Part shown: piece after piece, positions 35,935 through 45,736 of the stretch
Layout: the number at the start of each line of letters is the position of its first letter
How positions within the stretch are numbered: position 1 is the stretch's first letter
Assembly: GCA_035495315.1 (NCBI GenBank)
Contig: DATJGF010000229.1
Location: 105,613-169,612 of the forward strand
Direction: 5' to 3'
From: Candidatus Limnocylindrales bacterium
GTDB lineage: Bacteria > Verrucomicrobiota > Verrucomicrobiia > Limisphaerales > UBA8199
Length of the DNA: 64,000 nucleotides
Program-made: the position numbers and the translations under genes
Notes under the pieces: generated by a model
What the model was told of the DNA's origin: nothing
Databases searched by the model: none
The model's input: the letters and a program-made list of their open reading frames with translations, nothing else

Positions 35935-37664
35935 GTGCAACTCCGGGCTGCCGGCAAAATGCTGATGGGAAACTCTTCATCCAAATCAGGCCACCGTGGA
36001 ATCTCCCCCTGCACCCGCAGAGCCCAGATCACCTTGTTATGGCCGCCCTGGAAACAATGCATTAGATGAGCTGGCACCGTAACGGTACTGCTGCCGGATC
36101 GCATTTCTTGCGAATACGTAATGTCTGCGATCTCAATATCTGCAAACACATTTTTGTCGGTCGCCGTATTCTTGCCGCTTTGGTAAGTGGCCTCCTCGCG
36201 ACCTACCAGACGCACGCGCAACCGTTCTAGAACCTCCAGGCGGCCTCGGAGTTCCCATTCGATGCGAAATCTCCCGCCCAACGGTACCGCACCAGGTGTT
36301 ATCGTCAGATGCGGACGCGGATTGAATAGCGCCAAAAAGAAATAAATCGCCGCAACGATAATCCCCAGCCCGATTAGGACAAACGGCACCATGAATAATG
36401 CCAAAAACCACTCGAACGGACCTGAACTCCAGTGTCTAATGATGTTGATTCCGAATACGGAGACGATTCCATTCCAGAACAACGCGAAAATGCAGGCGGC
36501 AATCAGCTTGCCCAAAGGCGGCACACTCGGCTTTAACAACAGCGGTTCATTTATCTGCGCAAGACATGACTCCGGTAACGTCCCTGAAATGGGGGAGGCT
36601 TTCTTCGAGGTGGCAATATCCTTTGAAGATAAGCCCAGGGCATACTTGCCACGCAGCATTCCCCTCACACCTGCAAGACCAACCAGCACAAATACCAAGG
36701 GAATCAGTCCGATCCACATCGCCGGCCTGAACCCTCGTTCCAGGACCGCTTCCGTCGGGTCAGCAGGATTGACGTAACAGAAACTCCGGCTGCCGGGCGG
36801 GTACTTGGCCACAATCGCATATTTGCGATTGGAACCGCTCGATGAACCGCCGATAAAATTGTAACGATTAGCTTTGAATTCGCGTCCGTTGAATTCGTAG
36901 CTATATAAAATATTCACACTGTAGGTGCTGCCGTGATCCCCGCTGTGACGACGAACCTCGCTCGAAATCACCACGCATGGCACCGAGGGCCATTGCCGGG
37001 CACTCAACATTTTGAATAATGGCAGGACGAAGAAGGCGTAAAAGCATCCGCTGCCTACCAATACAAAAATCATGAAGAAGCAAACGCCTATCGTCCGGCC
37101 TGGCGGCCGTACCGCTCGATCCGAAATCGCCTTCTGCTTGTCGCCGGTTGCCAATTGGGGCCGCCACATCGAATAGATGCCCAGCACGCCAATGGCCACA
37201 AAGACCATAGGAAAAAGAACCAGCAGCGGCATAAACAAACTGCCACGCCGCAAGACGGCCTCATTGGGGGCGCTCGGGTTGACGAAACAAACCGCCCTCG
37301 ATTCCGCGCGATACAAATCAGTCAACCGGCCGGCCTTGCTATAGTCCTGGAAAGCCGGCGCCTTCAAACCGTAGCGGTCAGAAGTGTAACGGTGTCCACT
37401 AAAGTCATACTGGTAGCGCACCTCAAAATAATAATCACCAGTTTGGCGCCCGTCGCGATCCCGTTGGCGCACCTCACTGCTGATGATTTCGCAAGGCTTA
37501 CGGTTCCAAGTCCAGGTTTTCAACCCCACGTAGGCCTCGCGCGAGATTAGCCAGACAAAGACCAAACCCATTCCCACGAAAAACAGAAAAAACAGGCTCG
37601 CGAGAATGCGAGCGCCAACCCCAGGAGAGCTCTTGGAACTGGATTCAACCTGGAAATTGTTCAT
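35931..37664 (-). CDS. 6-TM membrane protein with two DUF3592 domains and a C-terminal beta-sandwich module
   Basis: 577 aa. DUF3592-like blocks are CEIISSEVRQ...YYFEVRYQYDFSGHRYTSDRY...VCFVNPSAPNEAVL and CVVISSEVRR...YSVNILYSYEFNGREFKANRY...FCYVNPADPTEAVL, each flanked by TM helices. Confidence 0.7.
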   Translation of the reverse strand: MNNFQVESSSKSSPGVGARILASLFFLFFVGMGLVFVWLISREAYVGLKTWTWNRKPCEIISSEVRQRDRDGRQTGDYYFEVRYQYDFSGHRYTSDRYGLKAPAFQDYSKAGRLTDLYRAESRAVCFVNPSAPNEAVLRRGSLFMPLLVLFPMVFVAIGVLGIYSMWRPQLATGDKQKAISDRAVRPPGRTIGVCFFMIFVLVGSGCFYAFFVLPLFKMLSARQWPSVPCVVISSEVRRHSGDHGSTYSVNILYSYEFNGREFKANRYNFIGGSSSGSNRKYAIVAKYPPGSRSFCYVNPADPTEAVLERGFRPAMWIGLIPLVFVLVGLAGVRGMLRGKYALGLSSKDIATSKKASPISGTLPESCLAQINEPLLLKPSVPPLGKLIAACIFALFWNGIVSVFGINIIRHWSSGPFEWFLALFMVPFVLIGLGIIVAAIYFFLALFNPRPHLTITPGAVPLGGRFRIEWELRGRLEVLERLRVRLVGREEATYQSGKNTATDKNVFADIEIADITYSQEMRSGSSTVTVPAHLMHCFQGGHNKVIWALRVQGEIPRWPDLDEEFPISILPAARSCT

Positions 37665-37740
37665 GCTTCAGCAACTCGCTAAGCACAGAATACCGGGTAA
37701 ATTATGGCATTTCGGATGCTTCATCCGCGATTGTTGTATC

Positions 37741-38877
37741 ATGAACCATGCCAAGTTAGCTTTGAATTCGCGTCCGTTGAATTCTTACCTCGAATCCAAA
37801 GTGTGGCTCCACTCGCGCCGCCAATCGCAGTTCCCAAGCGGCTTAATTGCTGTCAAATCACCCATTGGCAAGGGACAAGCCGACCCGTACTCTAACCCTG
37901 TGTTGTTGCTCCTCCTCGTCTTTTTAGCAGTGAGCCTCGGCGCAGACGCAGCCGAGCCCGCCAAACCCGAACTTCCTTCGGCAGCCTTGCTCGAAGGCTC
38001 GCCAGCAAGACAAGGGGTCGAGACAGAATTTCAAAAACTCGAGTCCGACGATGATGCCGCGCAAGCTGACGTGGATAAGTGGAAGCGCGAAAACGCCGAG
38101 GCAAAAACCAAGGGCGCAGGCCTCTCCGAAACGGAATTTGAAGCCAGGATCCGGGCGCGGTTCGAACCGGTGCGCAAAGCTTACGATGAGTTTCTGGACC
38201 GCCATCCGAATCATGCCAAGGCGCATTTGGCCTACGGTTGTTTTCTCAACGAACAGCAGGATGAAACTGGCGCCAGAACCGAATGGGAGAAGGCGCTGGA
38301 GTTAGATCCACAAAATTCCGCCATCTACAACAATCTTGCCGGCAGCTATAGCGAAGCAGGGCCGGCCAGCAAGGCGTTTGATTATTTCAACAAAGCCATC
38401 GCGCTTAAACCTACCGAAGCCTCCTATTATCATAATTTCGGCACCACTTTGTATGTGCTGCGCAAGAGTGGGGCCAAGTACTACGGCGTCGACGAGCAAG
38501 CAGTGTTTGCCAAGGTGATCCAACTCTACAGCAACGCCGTGCGGTTGGATCGCACCAATTTCAGCTTCGCCACTGACCTCGCGCAGACATACTATTCTCT
38601 CAAGCCGTTGCCGATCGAAACCGCGCTTGTTGCCTGGACTAATGCGCTTCAGGCTGCTCGTCAGGGAACACAACGCGAAGACGTACTCATCCATCTGGCG
38701 CGGGTTAAGATGCTCGACGGCCACTTAGCCGAGGCCCGCGCGTTGCTCACACTGGTGACCAATCAAAGCCAGCAACAATTAAAAGCAAATCTGATCCAGG
38801 CAATTGAGGCCCGCGAACACCCGTCTGCAAAAGCCAACTCCTCAACGGCTCTTCAAAACAAGCAGCCACAGAATTGA
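37741..38877 (+). CDS. TPR-repeat protein, secreted or anchored
   Basis: Start uncertain. ATG 37741 was chosen to avoid overlap with the divergent gene. Hydrophobic VLLLLLVFLAVSLGADA. TPR units such as AKAHLAYGCFLNEQQD...ALELDPQNSAIYNNLAGSY. Confidence 0.7.
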   Translation: MNHAKLALNSRPLNSYLESKVWLHSRRQSQFPSGLIAVKSPIGKGQADPYSNPVLLLLLVFLAVSLGADAAEPAKPELPSAALLEGSPARQGVETEFQKLESDDDAAQADVDKWKRENAEAKTKGAGLSETEFEARIRARFEPVRKAYDEFLDRHPNHAKAHLAYGCFLNEQQDETGARTEWEKALELDPQNSAIYNNLAGSYSEAGPASKAFDYFNKAIALKPTEASYYHNFGTTLYVLRKSGAKYYGVDEQAVFAKVIQLYSNAVRLDRTNFSFATDLAQTYYSLKPLPIETALVAWTNALQAARQGTQREDVLIHLARVKMLDGHLAEARALLTLVTNQSQQQLKANLIQAIEAREHPSAKANSSTALQNKQPQN

Positions 38878-38905
38878 TCCGACGGAACTCTTTAAAATTG
38901 GCTAA

Positions 38906-39955
38906 CTACGCTCGCGGGTTAAACCGGGACTCCTTCGCTAACTGCTCCCACAATTTGCGCTCGGATTCGCTCACTGTGGTAGGCACCTCGACGCGCATCA
39001 CGACGATTAAATCGCCGGCATCACCGTTGCGTTGAGGCAATCCTCGGCCACGGACACGCAGTTTTTGACCATTGTGGGTCCCGGCCGGGATCTTAATGTT
39101 GACCCGTCCGTTGAGCGTGGGGAGCGAGATATTGGTTCCCAAGACCGCCTCCCAAGGCGCGAGTGGCGCTTCGTAAATGAGATTGTGGTCCTGAACTTCA
39201 AAATCCGGGTGCTTGGCCAACCGCACACGCAAGTACAGGTCGCCGGCTGCGCCGCCGCCAACCCCCACTTCTCCTCGGCCCGCTATGCGCAGCCGCTGCC
39301 CTTCGGTCACCCCGGCAGGGATTTTCACCTGGTAAGTATCGGTTTTGGCGACCTGCCCGGTGCCTCCGCAGACATTGCAAACATGCCGTGCGCGCTGGCC
39401 AGTCCCACCGCAATGCTCGCAGGGCACGCCATGGCGCACGGATACCGAACGCACCGAGCTACGCATCGCCTCTTCCAGCGTGACCATGATATCTCCCTCA
39501 ATATCGTTTCCGCGTTCCGCCGCCAGATCCTCTTCCGCAAATCCGCCACGACGCCCGAAACCGCCCGCTCGCGCCCCACGGGAGCCAAATAACTGTTCGA
39601 AAAAGTCGCTAAAACCGGTGCCTCCAAAATGAAATTCGAATTCCTCACCCCGTGGCCCACGTCCAGGATACCCGCCACTCGTGCTGAAAGATTCCCACCC
39701 TGGTGGCGGACGAAACTCTGAGCCCGCCCTCCAGTTGGGCCCTAATTCATCGTACTTCTTCCTTTTTGCCGGATCACCCAGGACCTCATAGGCCTCATTG
39801 ACCTCCTTGAACTTCTCTTCGGCTTGTTTTTTGTTCTTCGCTACGTCCGGGTGATACTCCCGTGCGAGCTTCCGGAACGCCTTCTTTATTTCCGCCTCGC
39901 TCGCTGTCCGCGGAACTCCCAAAATCTCGTAATAATCTTTGTATTGAACAGGCAT
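38906..39955 (-). CDS. DnaJ-class co-chaperone (J domain, G/F region, half-size zinc finger, C-terminal substrate-binding domains)
   Basis: [31 protein letters not shown]. Only two CxxCxGxG units are present ([16 protein letters not shown]). Confidence 0.85.
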   Translation of the reverse strand: MPVQYKDYYEILGVPRTASEAEIKKAFRKLAREYHPDVAKNKKQAEEKFKEVNEAYEVLGDPAKRKKYDELGPNWRAGSEFRPPPGWESFSTSGGYPGRGPRGEEFEFHFGGTGFSDFFEQLFGSRGARAGGFGRRGGFAEEDLAAERGNDIEGDIMVTLEEAMRSSVRSVSVRHGVPCEHCGGTGQRARHVCNVCGGTGQVAKTDTYQVKIPAGVTEGQRLRIAGRGEVGVGGGAAGDLYLRVRLAKHPDFEVQDHNLIYEAPLAPWEAVLGTNISLPTLNGRVNIKIPAGTHNGQKLRVRGRGLPQRNGDAGDLIVVMRVEVPTTVSESERKLWEQLAKESRFNPRA

Positions 39956-40001
39956 AACGTGCCATTCCCGAAGCAGGCGACCGCCCTGCTTTACCCCTCA
40001 G

Positions 40002-40029
40002 ATCATGCCTGCACAAGCGCGTTTGTCAA
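40002..40029 (-). promoter_or_regulatory. putative sigma70-type promoter for the dnaJ-like gene
   Basis: Minus strand: TTGACA (40029-40024), a 16-nt spacer, then CATGAT (40007-40002), about 45 nt upstream of the ATG. Confidence 0.3.
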
Positions 40030-40120
40030 AGTTAGTAGCGCAGGTTCCCGTCCGGTTGCCGCTAATCGTTTGGCGGTCAGACGCCAAAACTCGCAGGCAC
40101 AAACGCTGCCCTACCAATAA

Positions 40121-42097
40121 CTATTCGGCGTGGGTTTGTTGTCCGTTCTCCGATCCCGGCGAAGCGGGAGCCCATTCGACCGGGCAACCGGGACGGTTGC
40201 GGTCTGCATTTGGCGAACGGCCGAGGAGTTGGTTAAACCGTTGCGCATCGAGAGTTTCGATTTTTAGCAACTCACTGGTAACCAATTCCAATTGATCTCG
40301 GTGCTCGATCAGGATCGCTTTTGCCTCGGCGTACGCCTGGTCCAGGATCCGTTTCACTTCTTGATCGATCGCCTCCGCGGTGTGCTCGCTGCAATCGCGT
40401 TGCAGCCCACCGTCGACTCCGGGCAACCACACCCCATTTTGCGGACGCGCACAATGAGTCAAGCCAACGGTATTGCTCATGCCGAACACGCAGACCATTT
40501 GTCGGGCCAACGCCGTGGCATGTTCCAAATCGTTTTCAGCCCCGGTTGTCACTTCCTGGAATGCCACCTCCTCGGCGGCGCGACCGCCAAGCATCCCGCG
40601 GATACGGTCTAATAACTGGGAACGGGTACGGAGAAATTGGTCATCAGTGGGCAATTGCATCGTGTAGCCAAGCGCTGCGCGACCGCGCGGGATGATGCTG
40701 ATTTTGTGAACCGGGTCGGCGCCTTTGCTGTACGCGGCAACTAATGCATGCCCGGTTTCGTGATACGCCACGCGCCGTTTTTCCTCGTCCCGCAGTCGCC
40801 GGCTCTTGCGTTCAGGACCGGCGACCACCTTTTCGACGGCATCCTCGAGGTCCCGCTGATGGATCTCGGTTTGATCCCGGCGAGCAGCGAGCAGAGCCGC
40901 CTCATTGATCGCGTTGGCGAGATCCGCCCCGGAGAATCCTGGCGTGGCCTGGGCGATACGCCGCAAATCGACGTCCTGGGCCAAGGGCTTGCCTCTGACG
41001 TGCACCTTGAGAATCGCGACACGCCCATCGATATCCGGCGCGTCGACCACCACTTGCCGATCAAATCGCCCGGGCCGCAACAACGCCCGATCCAACACAT
41101 CCGGCCGATTGGTCGCCGCGATCACAATCACCCCGGCGTTGGCCGCGAACCCGTCCATTTCCACCAGCAATTGGTTGAGCGTCTGCTCACGTTCATCATT
41201 GACTGCGCCAACATGAACTCCTCGTTGACGTCCAATCGCATCCAATTCGTCAATGAAAACTATGCACGGCGCCTTGGACTTGGCTTGTTGAAACAAATCA
41301 CGAACGCGCGCTGCACCAACGCCGACGAACATCTCGACGAAATCACTGCCACTCAGTGAGAAAAACGGCACATGCGCTTCGCCGGCCACCGCCTTCGCCA
41401 GCAATGTCTTCCCCGTGCCGGGAGGGCCAATCAGCAGCACGCCTTTCGGTATCGCGGCGCCGATCTGCTTGTATCTGTCCGGATGCTTCAAAAACTCCAC
41501 CACTTCCTGCAGCTCGTACTTGGCTTCCTCACAGCCGGCGACATCTCGGAACGTCACTCCAGTCTCCTTCTCGGCAACCAATCGCGCCTTGCTTTTGCCG
41601 AAACTCAAAATCGATTCGCCGGCGCTGCCGATGCGCCGACTAATGAAGGACCACAGCAAAACCATAAGGCCAATGGGCACCAGCCACGACAGCAGGATTT
41701 GTGACATGAAGCTGGGACGCTCCCCCTGAAAGGTGACGTCTGCTGCCTGAAGATCCTCCACCAACTTGGGATCCTCGACACGAACCGTCCGAAAAAGGAA
41801 AGATTTCGCGGACTGACCTCGCGGAACCGAGTTGGTTTCCGTCCTCGCGGACGCAGCGTGGTCCTGGCGCACAATCTCGCCCTGGATGTCGTCCTGACCG
41901 ATAACGCATTTGACGATCTCGCGGCGATATAAGTGCTCCTTGAACTCGCTATAGGAAATCGTCCGATAGGCAAACTGATTGACAGCGCTTTGCCATAACC
42001 ACAGCAACAAAAACATTACCGGCAGATACCACAGCGGTGAGTTCCACTTTGGCCGGCCAGGACGATCCTTATTGGTTGGCGGTTCCCGTGGAGGCAT
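40121..42097 (-). CDS. ftsH: ATP-dependent zinc metalloprotease FtsH
   Basis: 658 aa. Two N-terminal TMs, Walker [12 protein letters not shown] region, zinc site HETGHAL. Confidence 0.95.
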   Translation of the reverse strand: MPPREPPTNKDRPGRPKWNSPLWYLPVMFLLLWLWQSAVNQFAYRTISYSEFKEHLYRREIVKCVIGQDDIQGEIVRQDHAASARTETNSVPRGQSAKSFLFRTVRVEDPKLVEDLQAADVTFQGERPSFMSQILLSWLVPIGLMVLLWSFISRRIGSAGESILSFGKSKARLVAEKETGVTFRDVAGCEEAKYELQEVVEFLKHPDRYKQIGAAIPKGVLLIGPPGTGKTLLAKAVAGEAHVPFFSLSGSDFVEMFVGVGAARVRDLFQQAKSKAPCIVFIDELDAIGRQRGVHVGAVNDEREQTLNQLLVEMDGFAANAGVIVIAATNRPDVLDRALLRPGRFDRQVVVDAPDIDGRVAILKVHVRGKPLAQDVDLRRIAQATPGFSGADLANAINEAALLAARRDQTEIHQRDLEDAVEKVVAGPERKSRRLRDEEKRRVAYHETGHALVAAYSKGADPVHKISIIPRGRAALGYTMQLPTDDQFLRTRSQLLDRIRGMLGGRAAEEVAFQEVTTGAENDLEHATALARQMVCVFGMSNTVGLTHCARPQNGVWLPGVDGGLQRDCSEHTAEAIDQEVKRILDQAYAEAKAILIEHRDQLELVTSELLKIETLDAQRFNQLLGRSPNADRNRPGCPVEWAPASPGSENGQQTHAE

Positions 42098-42186
42098 AAG
42101 TCCTTAGTTTATTTACCTGCTCTTTCGAAAGCGCCTGACCAATATCGAACAGCCGCAGCGCCGGCCAACAAAGCGACCGCTGCGAA

Positions 42187-43740
42187 TCACTCCGACGTTT
42201 TCTTCGTATTCTCAACGACTATGTAGTGAGTGCCTCCGCCTCCGTCACTGCCCTTACTCCAAACCCGCAACAGCACGCTCGTGCCATTCGCCTTCCGACT
42301 CAGAGCGACCGCTTCGTCGGCATTGCGTACCGGCTGACGGTTGATTCCGACGATTATGTCACCCGGTGTCAAGCCAGCCTCGGCCGCGGTGGAATCAGGA
42401 TCCACATTGGCGATGAGCGCTCCCCGAATATTCCGCGGGATATCAAACTGCTGACGCGCTGACGCGTCTAAATCCGCGACCTCCACCCCATCGAGCACAT
42501 CCATCTTTTCTGTTTCGTTGTCGCGTGGCGTATTCCGCTGAGCGACGCTCTTTTCAACCGGCAACTCTCCCAATGCTACCGTCACATTCCGTGCAACCGG
42601 TTTTTTGCCGAGTTCACCACGCAGCACTTGCAGACTCACTTTGGTTCCAGGCGGAGTCTCCGCCACCATCAATTGCAGGTTGCGCGAGTCGGTGACTTTC
42701 TTGCCATTGAATTGCACGACCACATCGCCGTCCTCAATTCCCGCCTTGGCAGCCGGGCTGTTCGGCGTTACCCCGCCGACCAGCGCCCCGCTGCTTTCGT
42801 CGGGCAGGTTGAATTCCTTGGCTAAATCCGTCGTCAGCGGCTGTATATAAATACCCAGAAAACCACGGCTGACCTTGCCAAACTGGACCAACCGATCCAT
42901 CACATACCGGGCCATATTGACCGGAACCGCCAGCCCGACTCCCTGGAAACCTCCGCTCCGACTGAGGATCGCTGTATTGATCCCCACCAGCCTGCCTTCC
43001 CCATCGACCAGCGCGCCGCCGGAATTGCCGGGATTAATGGCCGCGTCCGTCTGAATGAAATTTTCGTAGCCGCTAATCCCCAGGCCGCCCCGCCCGACGG
43101 CACTGACGATGCCCATCGTCACGGTTTGACCGACGTTGAATGGATTGCCTATGGCTAAAACGATATCGCCCACTTCCAGCTTGTCGCTATCGGCAAGCGG
43201 TACGGCAGGAAGCTTTTTGGAAACATTGATCTTCAGCACGGCGACATCACTCGGAGGGTCGGTCCCTACGATCTTGGCCGTATACTCTGTATCACCTGTA
43301 GACAGCGCCACCTTTACAGTTTGCGCCCCTTCCACGACATGATTCGCCGTCAGAATATAACCATCAGGCGACACAATAACGCCTGACCCCAGGCTCTGGG
43401 CTTTATGTGGGCGCGGCTGCCGTTCTTGCCCAGAGTCATCGCCGAAAAAGCGACGCAGAAACGGATCGTTAAAGAATGGGTTAGGAACTGCTCGCTCATG
43501 CACAATGGTCGTCGAGTAAATATTTACCACGCTTGGTGCCACCTTTTTGACGACCGGCGCGAAACTGAGCGGAGCTTTTAACCCACGGTCAACCGGGGCC
43601 TCCTGGATTGTAAGTTTGGGCGGAGTCTCCGCCCGAAGAACCGGACATAAGTAACCGGCTACGCTCAATAGAACAAAGCTGCTGATCAGAGCGCCATACC
43701 TCTTAAGTTTTGCTCCAACAATCATCGAACGCACGGTCAT
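42187..43740 (-). CDS. Do/DegP/HtrA-family periplasmic serine protease with two PDZ domains
   Basis: ATG 43740 (MTVRSMIV...). TANHVV (His), DVAVLK (Asp), GNSGGAL (Ser). Confidence 0.9.
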   Translation of the reverse strand: MTVRSMIVGAKLKRYGALISSFVLLSVAGYLCPVLRAETPPKLTIQEAPVDRGLKAPLSFAPVVKKVAPSVVNIYSTTIVHERAVPNPFFNDPFLRRFFGDDSGQERQPRPHKAQSLGSGVIVSPDGYILTANHVVEGAQTVKVALSTGDTEYTAKIVGTDPPSDVAVLKINVSKKLPAVPLADSDKLEVGDIVLAIGNPFNVGQTVTMGIVSAVGRGGLGISGYENFIQTDAAINPGNSGGALVDGEGRLVGINTAILSRSGGFQGVGLAVPVNMARYVMDRLVQFGKVSRGFLGIYIQPLTTDLAKEFNLPDESSGALVGGVTPNSPAAKAGIEDGDVVVQFNGKKVTDSRNLQLMVAETPPGTKVSLQVLRGELGKKPVARNVTVALGELPVEKSVAQRNTPRDNETEKMDVLDGVEVADLDASARQQFDIPRNIRGALIANVDPDSTAAEAGLTPGDIIVGINRQPVRNADEAVALSRKANGTSVLLRVWSKGSDGGGGTHYIVVENTKKTSE

Positions 43741-43898
43741 GAAATTCCTTTCCCCATGTCTTTCACACTCCACCCTCCAGAAAAGGTCCCATGGAAACCG
43801 GCTTTGTCAAAGCGTCGTATACCTGTCGAGGTTTGACAGGTTCGGCGGTTTTTTGTCTCATGGCCATTCCATTAAATGGAATGGAAAAATGACTGCTT

Positions 43899-45605
43899 AT
43901 GGAAGATATCGGGTTCAAACGGGGTGTTCATCAGCGCCGAAATGGGTCTTTTACAGAACCGACCGCGGGATTAGTTGGGAGTAGGCGAAATGCTACCGCA
44001 TGCCCAGGCCTTACTTGGTTATCCCTGGCCTTGTGCCTTGCCGCGGTAAGCACCGCCGTCAAAGGTCTCTCGGCGACGCAATCGACAAAGATGCCGGTGG
44101 TTCCTAAATGGGGTCGCTTCGAATACGCCTTCACTAGCAGCACTAACTATGAAAACCCATTGCAACAAGCCACATTGCGCATTGTATTCACTTCACCGCT
44201 CGGGGAAACCGCGCAGGTGTTTGGCTTTTGGGATGGTAGCCGCACCTGGCGCGTTCGCTTCTCTCCCGACCAACCCGGGACTTGGAGCTTCAAAAGCACC
44301 TGCTCGGACGCGGCAAATTCAGGATTGAACAACCAGCGGGGAGAATTTCTTTGCACTTCAACTATTGGGCAAAGCCGTTTTCATCGACACGGTCCCGTTA
44401 AGGTGGCTCAAGATCGGCACCACCTCGAGCACGCCGATCGTTCGCCCTTTTTCTGGTTGTCCGATGAAGTCAGCAAAGGTGTACGAATGGCCGACGCAAA
44501 AAGCCTGGGAACCTACGCCGTGATCCGCTCCTCGCAAAATTTCACGGTTGCGCAATGGGCGGTAGCCCCGGGCGGTGATGCCGCTAATGAGTCGGCGCTC
44601 GCTGGGTTCCCGGAGCGGATCAGCGTCAACCCGGACTTTTTTAAACGGCTCGATGCCAAAATAGACATCCTTTCGACAGCCGGCATCCTGAGCGCCATCA
44701 CTCCACTGGCAGAGCCTGATTCCAGTCCGGAAGCGGTTGCCTTGCCGGATGACCAGGCCATGCTGCTCACCCGCTACGTCGTCGCACGCTGGGGCGCGGA
44801 CCCGGTGGCCTGGGTGCTCGCACCAGGAATGAGCAGCAAACAAACCGAGCGGTGGAAAAAAATCGGCTCAGAAGTGTTCTCGACTAACCGACACGCCCCG
44901 GTAATTGTCTACTCGCGCCAGGTCGACGAAACCCTGGTCGAATTTGCTGAGCAAGGCTGGGTTGATGTCCTTGGCGCACCCACTCGTGAGGTCAAACCCG
45001 AGGTCCTGTCGAAAATTGCGCAGACCCACCCGATAGTCGCCTTGACTCCTCACGAAAACGCCTTTCAACCTAAAACGCGCACGCGGGTTACAGCCCAGGA
45101 CGTGCGAGGCTCAGCGTATTGCGGCGTCTTGCCCACACCGCCGGCTGGAGTCAGTTATGCAGGTTCAGCGGTGGAAAATTGGGATACCACTGTCGAGCCC
45201 AAACAAGAAGACATCTGGGGAGCAGGACTTCCCGTCTGGCATAAGGCCTTGTTCATGCCCGGTGCAAAACAAGTCGGCTACTTGGCGGGACTGCTAAATT
45301 CCGTCGACTTTTGGCGACTGCGACCTGACGCTGGAATCTTAGTCTCTCAGCCCGGTACCGGATCCGGCGGACCGGAGATCTGTCCCGCGGCGACTGAAAC
45401 CAAGGATCTTTCGCTGGTCTATGTCGCTAATGAGCGTATGCTGGAACTGTCGCTGGACGCGATGCCTCATTCGCCCGCTGTCACCTGGTTTAACCCCCGA
45501 CAGGGTGGCAACAGTCCCGCAGTCGCCGTCGTAGTCCAGGGCAAATGCCAGTTCCCAACGCCCGACCCTGAGGATTGGGTGCTGGTCCTTAAGGCGGGCA
45601 AGTAG
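43899..45605 (+). CDS. DUF5060 + DUF4038 (GH140-like) putative glycoside hydrolase
   Basis: WGRFEYAFTSS..YENPL...FTSPLGETAQVFGFWDGSRTWRVRFSPDQPGTWSF is DUF5060-like. This is followed by HLEHADRSPFFWLSDE. Confidence 0.65.
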   Translation: MEDIGFKRGVHQRRNGSFTEPTAGLVGSRRNATACPGLTWLSLALCLAAVSTAVKGLSATQSTKMPVVPKWGRFEYAFTSSTNYENPLQQATLRIVFTSPLGETAQVFGFWDGSRTWRVRFSPDQPGTWSFKSTCSDAANSGLNNQRGEFLCTSTIGQSRFHRHGPVKVAQDRHHLEHADRSPFFWLSDEVSKGVRMADAKSLGTYAVIRSSQNFTVAQWAVAPGGDAANESALAGFPERISVNPDFFKRLDAKIDILSTAGILSAITPLAEPDSSPEAVALPDDQAMLLTRYVVARWGADPVAWVLAPGMSSKQTERWKKIGSEVFSTNRHAPVIVYSRQVDETLVEFAEQGWVDVLGAPTREVKPEVLSKIAQTHPIVALTPHENAFQPKTRTRVTAQDVRGSAYCGVLPTPPAGVSYAGSAVENWDTTVEPKQEDIWGAGLPVWHKALFMPGAKQVGYLAGLLNSVDFWRLRPDAGILVSQPGTGSGGPEICPAATETKDLSLVYVANERMLELSLDAMPHSPAVTWFNPRQGGNSPAVAVVVQGKCQFPTPDPEDWVLVLKAGK

Positions 45606-45614
45606 ACGCTAAAT

Positions 45615-45730
45615 AAATCCGAAACTCGAAATCCGAAATCTGAAAACGCTACAACCGGACGCGCGTTCCAGCTCGGCTATTTTAAGCTTGGGAATTTCTT
45701 TCGGACCTCGATCTTCGGATTTAGGATTTC
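45615..45730. repeat. CGAAATCCGAAA-family long imperfect palindrome, copy 2, at a convergent junction
   Basis: Left arm AAATCCGAAACTCGAAATCCGAAATCTGAAAAC (45615-45647). Right arm TTTCTTTCGGACCTCGATCTTCGGATTTAGGATTTC (45695-45730). Confidence 0.7.
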
Positions 45731-45736
45731 TTTTGC

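Noticed and set aside
40030-40050. TAGTAGCGCAGGTTCC upstream of the dnaJ-like gene shares the GTAGCGCAGG head with the 47746 REP-like unit.
   Set aside because: Only the first 10 nt or so match and no palindromic partner is present. It may be a remnant, but that cannot be supported.
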